Assembly: GCA_902625895.1 (NCBI GenBank)
Contig: CACODD010000001.1
Location: 27,263-91,262 of the forward strand
Source of the DNA: an uncultured Alphaproteobacteria bacterium
Lineage (GTDB): Bacteria; Pseudomonadota; Alphaproteobacteria; Methylaequorales; Methylaequoraceae
Length of the DNA stretch: 64,000 bases
Direction: 5' to 3'
Shown here: one piece after another, positions 29,973 to 39,770 of the stretch
How positions within the stretch are numbered: position 1 is the first letter of the stretch
Layout of the letters: the number at the start of each line of letters is the position of its first letter
Notes under the pieces: model-generated
The model's database searches: none
Told to the model about the DNA's origin: nothing
The model's input: only the letters and a program-made list of their open reading frames with translations
Program-made: the position numbers and the translations under genes

Positions 29973-30426
29973 CAAATATTTTATTTTAGCTTTTTTAATT
30001 TCTTCGATCGCAGTGATTCTTGATCAGATTTCAAAATTATTAATTTTAAACTATAAGTTCTTACTTCCTATGAAAGTTTCTTCTTTTGACATTTTAAATA
30101 TAGTTTATGTTGAAAATAAAGGTATCAGTTTTGGAATGCTTTCAGAGTATAATATTCCTTTTTGGCTAGGAATATTGTCTTTTGCGATTAGCTTATATGT
30201 AGTCTTTCTGATAGTAAAGTCTGAAAGTAAGTTGGAATTAACTGGATTGTCATTAATTTTAGGTGGAGCAATTGGGAACGGTATTGATAGATTATTTAGT
30301 GGTTATGTAATTGATTTTATTGACCTTTATTATAGGAATTTTCATTGGCCGGCATTTAACTTTGCTGACTCGTTTATAACCGTGGGAGCCGTTTTATTTT
30401 TTATTAAGTTATTTTTTATTAAATAA
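29962..30426 (+). CDS. lspA: Lipoprotein signal peptidase (signal peptidase II)
   Basis: 154 aa with four TM segments; NKGISFGM and FNFADSFITVG motifs. 11-nt overlap with ileS. Confidence 0.92.
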   Translation: MKINKYFILAFLISSIAVILDQISKLLILNYKFLLPMKVSSFDILNIVYVENKGISFGMLSEYNIPFWLGILSFAISLYVVFLIVKSESKLELTGLSLILGGAIGNGIDRLFSGYVIDFIDLYYRNFHWPAFNFADSFITVGAVLFFIKLFFIK

Positions 30427-30540
30427 GAAAATAATTGAGAATTATGCTTTCCAAAGTCATAAACTAATGTTATTTATATATTTTATAAGCAACAAAATGT
30501 TTGTATTAATGTTTAATTCAACACTATATATAGTATAATT

Positions 30541-31197
30541 ATGCAAATCTTAAGTACACTTAGAACATTGTCTATATCAATGGTTCTTATATTTGTGCAA
30601 TCATGTTCAACAATCGAGTCTACAGTCGACTCAACGTTGGATTCCATAGGTGAAGCTGGAGACTTTATTTATGATTCTGTTAATTTCTGGGATGAGGACG
30701 AACCAGAGCAAAGCGAAGCTGTGATAATTGAGGAAGCGGTAGAAGTTCCAGAGTATGCTATTCCAGATGAGAGTTACTTTGAACCTGGGTTAAGTCAGGA
30801 ACAAAATTTCAGTAATCAACAGAGCTTTCAGCCCCAAGCTAATGTCCAACCTTACTATGATCCAATTTATAGGAGCCAGAGACAATACTATTATGTGGGA
30901 CCTAATGGAACTCCAATGCTAGCCCCACCTCCTCCCCCTTTTCCTCAGTATTCAATTGATCAAGTAGCCCCACTTCCTTATTCATATTCAAATAACCTTG
31001 ATATTCCAAGATCATTTAATCCAAATATGAACAATTTCGCACCTAGACAGAATTTAGGTGTCACTAACCAAAATCAAAATGTTAAACCAACTATTACACT
31101 CGAAGAAGAAATGGAACTATTTGGAATACAAAATGATTGTGTTAGAGTAAAAGAAGATTATGTAAACGGTGGATTTATGTGTGATGATTATGATTAA
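30541..31197 (+). CDS. Hypothetical lipoprotein, acidic N-region followed by Q/N/P/Y-rich low-complexity region
   Basis: 218 aa; signal peptide plus lipobox (LIFVQSCS), PPPPPFP run, C-terminal Cys pair (NDCVRV..FMCDDYD). I recognise no family. Confidence 0.6.
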   Translation: MQILSTLRTLSISMVLIFVQSCSTIESTVDSTLDSIGEAGDFIYDSVNFWDEDEPEQSEAVIIEEAVEVPEYAIPDESYFEPGLSQEQNFSNQQSFQPQANVQPYYDPIYRSQRQYYYVGPNGTPMLAPPPPPFPQYSIDQVAPLPYSYSNNLDIPRSFNPNMNNFAPRQNLGVTNQNQNVKPTITLEEEMELFGIQNDCVRVKEDYVNGGFMCDDYD

Positions 31198-31774
31198 TAA
31201 TTATTTAAAGTATTTCCTTATCTTTTCTGTATTTTTATTAAACTCTTGTGAAACTCTTCAAGATTTCGCTGGTTTGAATAAACCTGACCTTGAAACAGAT
31301 TTATTTGAAGAAACGCCTGAATTGGTTCTTCCCCCAGATTTTGGAAAAGTTGCTAAAAGAAATAAATATAGAAATGAAAAAATTATCAATCAAACGCCAG
31401 ATTTTAATGACAATTTTCAGCAACCACAATATCAAAGCATCCAACCCCGTGTGACAAATTATATTGCTCCTAGAATAAATATTGAATCATCTCCAACCCC
31501 TTCTGATTCACTCGAAAGATTTAAAGAGAATAAAAAATTTACAATTGGACAATGGGTGTACGGTCAATATATACAAGGTTTTAAACAAGGAAATCTTTAT
31601 TATAGACCAATTTACGATAAGGGTTATAACTTTTCCAGAAGATATTTACCTGATCAAAACATAACTTCCTTTTTAAGACCACAACAGCAATATATTGAAA
31701 ATGCCAATAGAAGAGAATCCATTCCAATGGATTCAAATTTTCAGAATTTAGAAAACTTACCAATAATTGATTAA
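31190..31774 (+). CDS. Hypothetical lipoprotein, possibly DUF3035-like
   Basis: The track ORF starts at 31169. The likely start is ATG 31190 (or 31184), giving MINNYLKYFLIFSVFLLNSC with a lipobox; ATGATTAA overlaps the upstream stop. The ..NKPDLETDLFEETPELVLPPDF.. segment and the position between lspA and M16 peptidases fit my recollection of alphaproteobacterial DUF3035; unverified. Confidence 0.55.
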   Translation: MINNYLKYFLIFSVFLLNSCETLQDFAGLNKPDLETDLFEETPELVLPPDFGKVAKRNKYRNEKIINQTPDFNDNFQQPQYQSIQPRVTNYIAPRINIESSPTPSDSLERFKENKKFTIGQWVYGQYIQGFKQGNLYYRPIYDKGYNFSRRYLPDQNITSFLRPQQQYIENANRRESIPMDSNFQNLENLPIID

Positions 31775-33085
31775 ATGAGGATAGTTGGGATTTTATTTAT
31801 TCTACTATTTTGCTTTGAATCCAAATCAAACATAAATTTCAATGCTAAATCAACTACTTTGGAAAATGGATTGAGATTAATTGTTGTAGAAAACCCAAGA
31901 GCTCCTGTCGTCGCTCAAATGATGTGGTATAATTTCGGATCGAATATAGAACAAAGAGGTAAAAGTGGTTTAGCTCATTTTATGGAGCATCTTATGTTTA
32001 AAGGAACAAAGAAATTCCCAAATAGTTACTATTCAGATTATCTTTCAAAAATAGGTGGTAGTGAGAATGCATTTACAAGTTACGATTATACGGCGTATTA
32101 CCAAATTTTTCCAAGTCAACATTTGGAAAAAATTATCGAACTCGAAGCTGACAGAATGAATAACTTAACTCTAACTAAAAAGAATGTGAAAATTGAGAAA
32201 AAAGTAATTTTAGAAGAAAGATTTCAAAGAATTGAGAGCGATCCGTCTGCCCAACTTGACGAATCTATGAGAACAGTATTATTTCCAAATGATTATTATG
32301 GTCGACCTATAATTGGTTGGAAGCACGAAATCGAAAATCTCTCTTATGATGATGTAATTGATTTTTATAAAGAAAATTATAACCCCAACAACGCTATTTT
32401 AATTTTGTCAGGAGATATAAAATTTAAAAATGCAAAAAAATTAGTTAATAAATATTACAAATCTATAAAGTCTTCACAAAAGATTAAACTTAAAAAATTA
32501 AATAATCCTGATCTAAAAACTTCTACAAATGTCGAGCTAAGCAATGAAAATGTGAAGCAACAAATATGGAAGAGAATATATAGAACAAAGTCTTATAATG
32601 ACTCAATGACTCAGTCAATTGCATTAGATTTAGGAATGAAAATTCTTGCCGGAGGGACTTCTAGTTTATTGTACGAAGAGTTTGTAAATAAAAAAAAGAT
32701 TTTTTCAATGGTGGGAGGTTTTTTTCAAGGTTTAACAAAAGGAAACGGATATATTTATTTTTACGCAATACCCAATAAGAAAGTTGAACAATCTGAAATA
32801 AGTGACTTGTTGGATAAATTCATAGCTCAAGCCATAGATGGGGGTATCTCTGAAGAAAAATTAAACTTAGAAAAGAAAAAATATTACTTTGATAGTATTT
32901 ACGGCATGGACGGAATTTTAAAACCTGCTGAAATTATAGGAGAAGCATTAACTATTGGTTTAAGTCTAGATGATATTGAAAATTGGAATGACAAACTCGA
33001 TGAGATAAACCTGGAAATGGTAAAAAAAGAATTAAAAGAATTTTCAAAAAATAGAAATTTTGTTACAGGAAACTTGAAGAATTGA
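31775..33085 (+). CDS. M16 (pitrilysin) family zinc peptidase, catalytically competent subunit
   Basis: 436 aa; signal peptide, inverted zinc motif HFMEH and downstream E (..LEERF..). Confidence 0.87.
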   Translation: MRIVGILFILLFCFESKSNINFNAKSTTLENGLRLIVVENPRAPVVAQMMWYNFGSNIEQRGKSGLAHFMEHLMFKGTKKFPNSYYSDYLSKIGGSENAFTSYDYTAYYQIFPSQHLEKIIELEADRMNNLTLTKKNVKIEKKVILEERFQRIESDPSAQLDESMRTVLFPNDYYGRPIIGWKHEIENLSYDDVIDFYKENYNPNNAILILSGDIKFKNAKKLVNKYYKSIKSSQKIKLKKLNNPDLKTSTNVELSNENVKQQIWKRIYRTKSYNDSMTQSIALDLGMKILAGGTSSLLYEEFVNKKKIFSMVGGFFQGLTKGNGYIYFYAIPNKKVEQSEISDLLDKFIAQAIDGGISEEKLNLEKKKYYFDSIYGMDGILKPAEIIGEALTIGLSLDDIENWNDKLDEINLEMVKKELKEFSKNRNFVTGNLKN

Positions 33086-34371
33086 GATTTATTTTTTTAT
33101 TTTTTTTATTAATATTCAAAAACTTAGATGCTTTTGAATATAAAAATCTTAGTACAAATTCTGGAATTGAATTTTGGTTTGTCGAGGATAAATCAATACC
33201 AATTGTCAGTGTAAGTTTTAGTTTTAAGGGAGGGAGTTCAATTGATATTAAAGATAAAAATGGTATTTCAAATTTGATGACGTCTCTTCTAGACGAAGGA
33301 ACTCGTAATTTAACTTCAAAGCAATTCAAAAACGAAATGAAAATGAATGGAATGAAGTTAAGCTTTAGTACACAGAAAGATAAGATTGATGGTGTATTTC
33401 AAATTATTTCAGATCAGGCAAAGGAAGGTTTTGATTTATTTTACGAAGCTTTAAATTATCCAAGCTTTAATGAAGTGGATATTAACAGAGTTAAGAGGCA
33501 AGTTATATCTAGTATAAAAATTGATGAATCTGATTTATCAACTTTAGCTTCAAACAAATTTAATCAACACTTTTTTAAAGATCATGTTTTCTCAAACAAC
33601 ATAAAAGGATCGGAAGAATCAATTAAAAACATTTCAAGGACTGATTTAGTAAACTTTCATAAAAGATCTTTTGTAAAGAATAATTTAGTAATTGGTGTTG
33701 CTGGCAATATAAATGTTAATAAAATAAAAAAATATATTGAACTTGTTTTTGGGGAATTAAAAGACAATCAACAAAATTATTCTATTGAACAATTTAAGGC
33801 TCTATCTGTTGGGCAAAAATTTTTTGAAATGAAAACACCACAGTCTAGCGTTTTATTTGGTCAACCTGGATTAGAGAGAAATAATGAAAACTTTTTTGCA
33901 CTTAGAATTGCGAACTATATTTTGGGTGGTGGTGGATTTCAATCTCGTCTTTATAAAAATATCAGAGAAAAAAAAGGTCTTGTATATTCAATTTATTCAT
34001 ATTTATTGTCTTACGAAAATGATGGTGTAATTGTTGGGGGCTTTCAAACAAGGAACAAATCTGTCTTTGAAACTATTGAAAATGTAAAAAATGAATGGAA
34101 AAAACTTAATAAACGTGGAATTACAAAAAGCGAGTTAGACAATGCTAAAGCTTATTTTAATGGATCTTTTACGAGGAATTTTACAAGCACTCTGTCGATA
34201 GCAAGATTATTACAAGTTGTTCAATATTATGAGCTTGGAGCCGATTATTTTATTAAAAGAGAGAAAATCATAAATAGTCTAAATCTAGAAAAAGTAAATG
34301 GTATAATTTCAGAATATTTCTCAAACGAAAAATTGTTTTTTATGATTGTCGGAGAGCCAGAAAAGAAATGA
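33082..34371 (+). CDS. M16 family peptidase-like protein, HxxEH motif absent (probable non-catalytic partner)
   Basis: 429 aa with the same fold pattern as the upstream gene. The HxxEH position reads NLMTS (..GISNLMTSLLDEGT..). 4-nt overlap with the upstream M16 gene. Confidence 0.8.
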   Translation: MRFIFLFFLLIFKNLDAFEYKNLSTNSGIEFWFVEDKSIPIVSVSFSFKGGSSIDIKDKNGISNLMTSLLDEGTRNLTSKQFKNEMKMNGMKLSFSTQKDKIDGVFQIISDQAKEGFDLFYEALNYPSFNEVDINRVKRQVISSIKIDESDLSTLASNKFNQHFFKDHVFSNNIKGSEESIKNISRTDLVNFHKRSFVKNNLVIGVAGNINVNKIKKYIELVFGELKDNQQNYSIEQFKALSVGQKFFEMKTPQSSVLFGQPGLERNNENFFALRIANYILGGGGFQSRLYKNIREKKGLVYSIYSYLLSYENDGVIVGGFQTRNKSVFETIENVKNEWKKLNKRGITKSELDNAKAYFNGSFTRNFTSTLSIARLLQVVQYYELGADYFIKREKIINSLNLEKVNGIISEYFSNEKLFFMIVGEPEKK

Positions 34372-35615
34372 TTTTTTTACAAGAGACATTTAATTTAGAA
34401 AAAAAAGTAAAAAAAACACAAAAACAGAAATATACAAAGTCAAAAATCAAAATATTAGAATTAATAAAAAAAAAATCTTTTGGTTTTATTCAAGATTTGC
34501 ATCAAAAAGATTTCTCAGACATTTATCAATTTTCTGAAAAACTTCAAAAATTCGAAAACGTATTATTTTTAGGAACAGGTGGCTCGAGCCTAGGTGGCAA
34601 AACACTAGTCTCATTGATGGATAATATTTTTATAAATGCGACCAGACCTAGAGTTTTTTTTGTAGAAAATATTGATTCATCGTCAATACATGGTTTGCTA
34701 CAAAATATAGATTTAAAAAATTCAGCCTGTGTTGTCACATCAAAGTCAGGTGAAACAATTGAAACAATTGCGCAGTTTTTCTTTGTATTCAATGAATTTA
34801 AGAAAAAAAAAATTTCTATAAAAAAAAGATTTTTCATTATCACTGAAGATAAACAAAGCACACTGAAAGAAATTCAGGAGAGTGAAAATTTAGATTTTTA
34901 TCCGCATCCGATTGATATTGGGGGACGATATTCTGTTTTCTCAATTGTTGGTTTAATTCCATCAAAAACCATTGGTTTTGACATAAAGCGTTTTTGTAAT
35001 GGAGGTAAAAGTTTTTTAAAGGAAATAGAAAATGAAAATAATTTTGATTATTACTTTACCCCTATTTCAAATTTAATTGATCTAAAAAAAAAAGGTGTGA
35101 ATATGTCAATAGTAATGCCATACCATGATTCATTAAACAATTTATCATTTTGGTACAGACAACTATGGGCTGAAAGTATTGGAAAAAAAGGTAAAGGTAT
35201 AACTCCATTAAATGCTTTAGGAACAGTTGATCAGCATAGTCAGCTACAACTTTATTTAGATGGTCCAAAAGATAAGTTTTTTACATTTATTGAAAAAGCA
35301 AGAGACAAGGGTGTTACAAAATTAGATTGTCATTATTCTAAATCTAAAACATTTCAAGATCTTCATCAGAAATCATTAGAAGAACTACTCAATGCAGAGA
35401 TGAACGCAACCATTAAAACTATCAGTAATAAAAAAATACCTATTAGAAGAATAACTTTGGAGTCCTACAATGAGAAATACATCGGAAGTCTAATGATGTT
35501 TTTTTTTATAGAAACAATCTTTAGTTGTTTCTTGCTAGAGGTAAATCCATTTGACCAGCCTGCGGTGGAAGAGGGGAAAAAATTAACTAAAAGATTTCTT
35601 AAATATAATGAGTGA
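34368..35615 (+). CDS. pgi: Glucose-6-phosphate isomerase (compact form)
   Basis: 415 aa; SIS-domain motifs GTGGSSLGGK and TSKSGETIET, C-terminal ..DQP.VE.GK... Confidence 0.85.
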   Translation: MIFLQETFNLEKKVKKTQKQKYTKSKIKILELIKKKSFGFIQDLHQKDFSDIYQFSEKLQKFENVLFLGTGGSSLGGKTLVSLMDNIFINATRPRVFFVENIDSSSIHGLLQNIDLKNSACVVTSKSGETIETIAQFFFVFNEFKKKKISIKKRFFIITEDKQSTLKEIQESENLDFYPHPIDIGGRYSVFSIVGLIPSKTIGFDIKRFCNGGKSFLKEIENENNFDYYFTPISNLIDLKKKGVNMSIVMPYHDSLNNLSFWYRQLWAESIGKKGKGITPLNALGTVDQHSQLQLYLDGPKDKFFTFIEKARDKGVTKLDCHYSKSKTFQDLHQKSLEELLNAEMNATIKTISNKKIPIRRITLESYNEKYIGSLMMFFFIETIFSCFLLEVNPFDQPAVEEGKKLTKRFLKYNE

Positions 35616-37350
35616 TATCAAATTATTGTCAGACAGTTTAATTAATAAGATTGCAGCTGGAGAAGTTTTAGAAAGACCCGCTTCGGCTGTTAAAGAATTG
35701 GTAGAAAATAGTATTGATGCTGGTGCCAAGAAAATCGATATTTTTATAGGAAACGGCGGTAAAAGTAACATAACAGTTTTAGATGACGGTCGGGGTATAA
35801 AAAAAGACGAATTAGAAAAAGCCGTTCTACGTCACACAACTTCGAAACTAAATTCATCAAATTTAAATTGTATTAAAACAATGGGCTTTAGGGGTGAAGC
35901 ATTGTCTTCGATAGCATCTGTTTCTGACTTTTCCATAAGTTCTAATCAGAAAAATAATTCAGAGGGTTACGAGATTAAAATAGTTTCAGGTAAAGTAAAA
36001 TATGTAAAACCTATAAATCAGAAAAAGGGAACTTGTGTTAAAGTAAGAAATTTATTCTTTTCAACACCAGCAAGATTAAAATTTCTTAAATCTGAAAACT
36101 ATGAATCTATTCTTATTAAAAGACTTATTCAAAATTTTGCTGTAATTCATTTTGATAAAGAATTTAATCTTTATTTAAATAACAAAATTACAATCAAGAC
36201 ATCTTTATCAAAAGATAGAGAAGTAAAAAACAGATTTTTTAATAGGGTAAATCAGATATTAGGGACAGATTTTATTGAAAATTCAATCGATCTCGAAGCA
36301 CATTCTGAATTTATTTCACTCTCTGGTCTCCTTGGATATCCAACTTTTAATTATTCAAACTCTAATAATCAATTTGTTTTTGTTAACGGAAGAGTAATTA
36401 ATGACAAGACTTTGAATACAATTTTCAGGGTTGCATACAAAGATGTAATGTTTCATGACAGATTTCCGCAGCTTATTCTAAATATAAAGTGTCCACACGA
36501 CTGGGTTGATGTAAATGTGCATCCGATGAAAAATGAGGTGAGATTTAGTGACTTTAATTTACTTAAATCATTCATTATTAAAACATTTAGAGATTCATTT
36601 GAAAAAATAGGTTATGAAAATAATAAATTAAAATCATCAACACCGCTAGTTGAGGAAAATAATGTAAATGTTTTTCAGGGGAAAATAAAACTAAAAGAAA
36701 CAAATTATTCTAATTATGAAATAAATAATAATTATGATTCGTTGCAGGAGTCAAATAAGCCTGAGCAGTTCTATCCCTTAGGACACGCTAAAAGTCAGTT
36801 TCATGCGAATTATATTATATCAGAAACTGAAGAGGGAATAATAATAGTAGACCAGCATGCAGCTCATGAAAGGATTGTATATGAAAGTTTAAAGAAAGAT
36901 TATTATGAAAATAAAATTAAAACTCAACTTTTATTAATTCCTATTATTTTAAATTTAGACAATTTGGTAATAACAGATTATGAAAAAAAATTGGAAAACC
37001 TAGGAAAGTTTGGGTTAAAAATAGATGTATTTGGATCAAATTCGGTAATTGTGAGAGAAATACCAGCCTTAGTTTCAGATTGTAACGTCAAAAACCTTGT
37101 AGATGCTGTTATTAATGATATGGCAAATGAGAACTCTTTAAATTATTTGGAAACAGAAGTTAATAAAATTTGCTCAACAATTGCATGTCATGGTTCAATA
37201 AGATCCGGAAGAAAGCTTGAAGTTGAAGAAATGAACGACTTATTAAGAAAAATGGAAAATACAAAAAATTCTGGACAATGTAATCATGGACGACCAACTT
37301 TTATAAAATTAAATATTGTAGAGATAGAAAAATTATTCGGAAGAAAATAA
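35608..37350 (+). CDS. mutL: DNA mismatch repair protein MutL
   Basis: 580 aa; GHKL ATPase N-terminus INKIAAGEVLERPASAVKELVENSIDAG and C-terminal endonuclease-type motif region (DQHAAHERI..). Confidence 0.94.
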   Translation: MSDIKLLSDSLINKIAAGEVLERPASAVKELVENSIDAGAKKIDIFIGNGGKSNITVLDDGRGIKKDELEKAVLRHTTSKLNSSNLNCIKTMGFRGEALSSIASVSDFSISSNQKNNSEGYEIKIVSGKVKYVKPINQKKGTCVKVRNLFFSTPARLKFLKSENYESILIKRLIQNFAVIHFDKEFNLYLNNKITIKTSLSKDREVKNRFFNRVNQILGTDFIENSIDLEAHSEFISLSGLLGYPTFNYSNSNNQFVFVNGRVINDKTLNTIFRVAYKDVMFHDRFPQLILNIKCPHDWVDVNVHPMKNEVRFSDFNLLKSFIIKTFRDSFEKIGYENNKLKSSTPLVEENNVNVFQGKIKLKETNYSNYEINNNYDSLQESNKPEQFYPLGHAKSQFHANYIISETEEGIIIVDQHAAHERIVYESLKKDYYENKIKTQLLLIPIILNLDNLVITDYEKKLENLGKFGLKIDVFGSNSVIVREIPALVSDCNVKNLVDAVINDMANENSLNYLETEVNKICSTIACHGSIRSGRKLEVEEMNDLLRKMENTKNSGQCNHGRPTFIKLNIVEIEKLFGRK

Positions 37351-37351
37351 G

Positions 37352-37909
37352 TTATATTTTTTTTACAAAAAGAAATTTCGATCTTGATATTTTTTTCGTC
37401 TTCATAATTTCAAAGGAATCAAAATTTAAATCAGTTATTTTGTCTCCGAACTCAAGTACGCCAAAAGAATTTTTTTTCATTAAAAAATTTATCTTTTCTA
37501 TAATTAATTCCAGTGAATATTTTTGATAGGGTGGATCGCAAAAAAAAAGATCAAATTTATCTTTAAATTTGGGAAATTTATCTTTTATAATGTCGAGTTT
37601 AACTATTTTAACATTTTGAATTATCTTCAATTCCTGACAGTTTTTTCTACATAAATTTAATGATTCATTTGAAGAGTCAATAAAGGTTACATGCTCAGCT
37701 CCTCTAGAGAGAGCTTCTATTCCTAAGGCACCAGTACCGCAAAAACAATCAATTATCGCTTGTCCAGTAATTTTTTTTTTATCTTTTATGAGAAGAGAGT
37801 TTAGTGTATTAAAAATCATTTCTCTTGCTCTGTCAGATGTTGGACGAATTGAATTATTAGATGGTGTTTTAATTAATCGTGCTTTAAATTTGCCTGAAAT
37901 TATTCTCAT
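37352..37909 (-). CDS. rsmD: 16S rRNA (guanine966-N2)-methyltransferase RsmD
   Basis: 185 aa; MRIISGKFK..RPTSDRARE.., DCFCGTGALGIEALSRG and DPPY. Confidence 0.87.
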   Translation of the reverse strand: MRIISGKFKARLIKTPSNNSIRPTSDRAREMIFNTLNSLLIKDKKKITGQAIIDCFCGTGALGIEALSRGAEHVTFIDSSNESLNLCRKNCQELKIIQNVKIVKLDIIKDKFPKFKDKFDLFFCDPPYQKYSLELIIEKINFLMKKNSFGVLEFGDKITDLNFDSFEIMKTKKISRSKFLFVKKI

Positions 37910-38633
37910 TAGTAAACCCTATTGAATTGAGTAATTTATCTAAAAATTTGATTTCTATTTCAACTAAATTTCCAATTTCAATGTCATTTAATTCAAAAGG
38001 TCCAAAACTTATCCTTTTCAATTTTTGAACTTTGAGATTAAAGTAATTAAGAACTTTTCTTATTTCTCTATTTTTACCTTCAGTTAATTTAACTTCCATC
38101 ATATTTTTTTCTGCACTATTCGATAATTTTATTTTAATTTCATTATACAAAATACCATCAACTAAAAATTGACCCTCAACCAATTTATCTAAATTTTCAG
38201 GAATTTTTCCCGAAACTTTGACAATATATCTTCTTTCAATTTTATTACTTGGATCTTCAAGATACGAAGAAAGCTTCGGATTCGTAGTTAATAGTAATAA
38301 ACCCTCGGATTTTATATCTAACCTTCCAACGGAAACAACTCTTGGAAGATCTTTAGGAACTAATCTAAACAGACTTTTTTGCGAAAATTGTTCTTTATTA
38401 GACGAAACATAACCTACAGGTTTATTTAAAATCCAAACCCTCGTTTTAATATTAGTTAATAGTTTGTCTTTTACTTTAATGGATTTTATAAGACTTTTCT
38501 CAATAAAAAATTCTTTAAAGACATTTTCGTTAATTTTTACGTCACCATTTTTTATTAAAAATTCTGCATTTTTCCTTGAACAGATTCCCGCATGTGAAAT
38601 TAATTTTGACAACCGAATTAATTTATTTGTCAA
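37884..38633 (-). CDS. Pseudouridine synthase, RsuA/RluB family
   Basis: 249 aa; N-terminal S4 domain (RLSKLISHAGICSRKNAEFLI) and catalytic GRLDIKSEGLLLLT. Confidence 0.82.
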   Translation of the reverse strand: MTNKLIRLSKLISHAGICSRKNAEFLIKNGDVKINENVFKEFFIEKSLIKSIKVKDKLLTNIKTRVWILNKPVGYVSSNKEQFSQKSLFRLVPKDLPRVVSVGRLDIKSEGLLLLTTNPKLSSYLEDPSNKIERRYIVKVSGKIPENLDKLVEGQFLVDGILYNEIKIKLSNSAEKNMMEVKLTEGKNREIRKVLNYFNLKVQKLKRISFGPFELNDIEIGNLVEIEIKFLDKLLNSIGFTNENNFRQI

Positions 38634-39345
38634 TTTTTTTCTTGGCTGATGTTATTAATGACTTAATTACATTAATGTCCTTGTTGTCAATAAGAAATTC
38701 TGGATGCCACTGGACGCCCAGACAATAATTGGACCTTGTACCTTCTATTGCTTCAATAACACCATCTTCTGAAACCGCAGAGACAACAAGGTTTTTCCCC
38801 AACTTATCAACGGCTTGGTGGTGTGCTGAATTTACAAACATTTTCGAGCATTTTACAAAACTGAAAAGTATTGTATTTTTTTTTATATGAACAAAGTGAC
38901 TAGGTTCATTTCTGGGATTTGGTTGCTCATGGTTTATATCAGAGTCTATTACATCAGGGATATGTTGAAGAAGAGTTCCTCCTAGAACAACATTTATTAA
39001 CTGTTGTCCGCCGCAAATTCCAAGCACCGGAATTTTTTTTTGGATGGCTTTTTTAGTTATCTTAAATTCAAAATTCGTTCTTCCATTTTTAATTCTCAAT
39101 GTCGGTTTTCTCTCCTGACCATACATTTGTGGATCAATATCAAAATCTCCCCCAGTTACAAGAAGTCCATCTATAAAGTTTAAATATTGATTAATCGCTT
39201 TTACATTATTTGGTAAAAAAATAGATATGCCACCTGCAATTTCGATAGATTCAGAATAATTTTTTCTAGCCGCGTACCATGGATATTTTGAATAGGTTTG
39301 CTCTTCTTCCTCATCCAACGTTATTCCAATTACAGGCTTATTCAT
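38623..39345 (-). CDS. Class I glutamine amidotransferase, peptidase C26 / gamma-glutamyl-GABA hydrolase (PuuD-like) family
   Basis: 240 aa; nucleophile elbow GICGGQQ, HHQAV and WHPE motifs. Confidence 0.8.
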   Translation of the reverse strand: MNKPVIGITLDEEEEQTYSKYPWYAARKNYSESIEIAGGISIFLPNNVKAINQYLNFIDGLLVTGGDFDIDPQMYGQERKPTLRIKNGRTNFEFKITKKAIQKKIPVLGICGGQQLINVVLGGTLLQHIPDVIDSDINHEQPNPRNEPSHFVHIKKNTILFSFVKCSKMFVNSAHHQAVDKLGKNLVVSAVSEDGVIEAIEGTRSNYCLGVQWHPEFLIDNKDINVIKSLITSAKKKIDK

Positions 39346-39388
39346 TAATCTTTTTAAAAATTAAACTTAATGTTAGTATATTAAACAT

Positions 39389-39769
39389 ATGCGAAGATGT
39401 TGTAAAATTTTTATAAATAATTATGAGATTATTGCTGATTTAAACAACTCTTTAACCGCATCTCAAATTTGGAACTCACTCCCTATTTCTTCTGATATTC
39501 ATACATGGGGAAATGAAATATATTTTGATACTTCTGTAAGTGTTGAAATTGAAGAAAAAGCTAAAGAAGTTATTCAGTTAGGAGAAATAGTTTATTGGCC
39601 CACTGGAAAAGTTATTGCAATCGGTTTTGGGAAGACTCCAATATCTCTTGGAGATGAAATTAGACTTGCATCCAAATGTAATGTTTGGGCTAATACTAGT
39701 TTTGATTTAAAAAAACTAGTTAATGTTCGTCAAGGTGAAAAAGTATTGGTCGAAAAGAGTAGAATATAA
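39389..39769 (+). CDS. Cyclophilin-like superfamily small protein (TM1367-like), function unknown
   Basis: 126 aa. The ..NSLTASQIWNSLP..WGNEIYF....G.IVYWPTGKVIAIGFG.. pattern matches my recollection of the Cyclophil_like family; unverified. Confidence 0.5.
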   Translation: MRRCCKIFINNYEIIADLNNSLTASQIWNSLPISSDIHTWGNEIYFDTSVSVEIEEKAKEVIQLGEIVYWPTGKVIAIGFGKTPISLGDEIRLASKCNVWANTSFDLKKLVNVRQGEKVLVEKSRI

Positions 39770-39770
39770 T

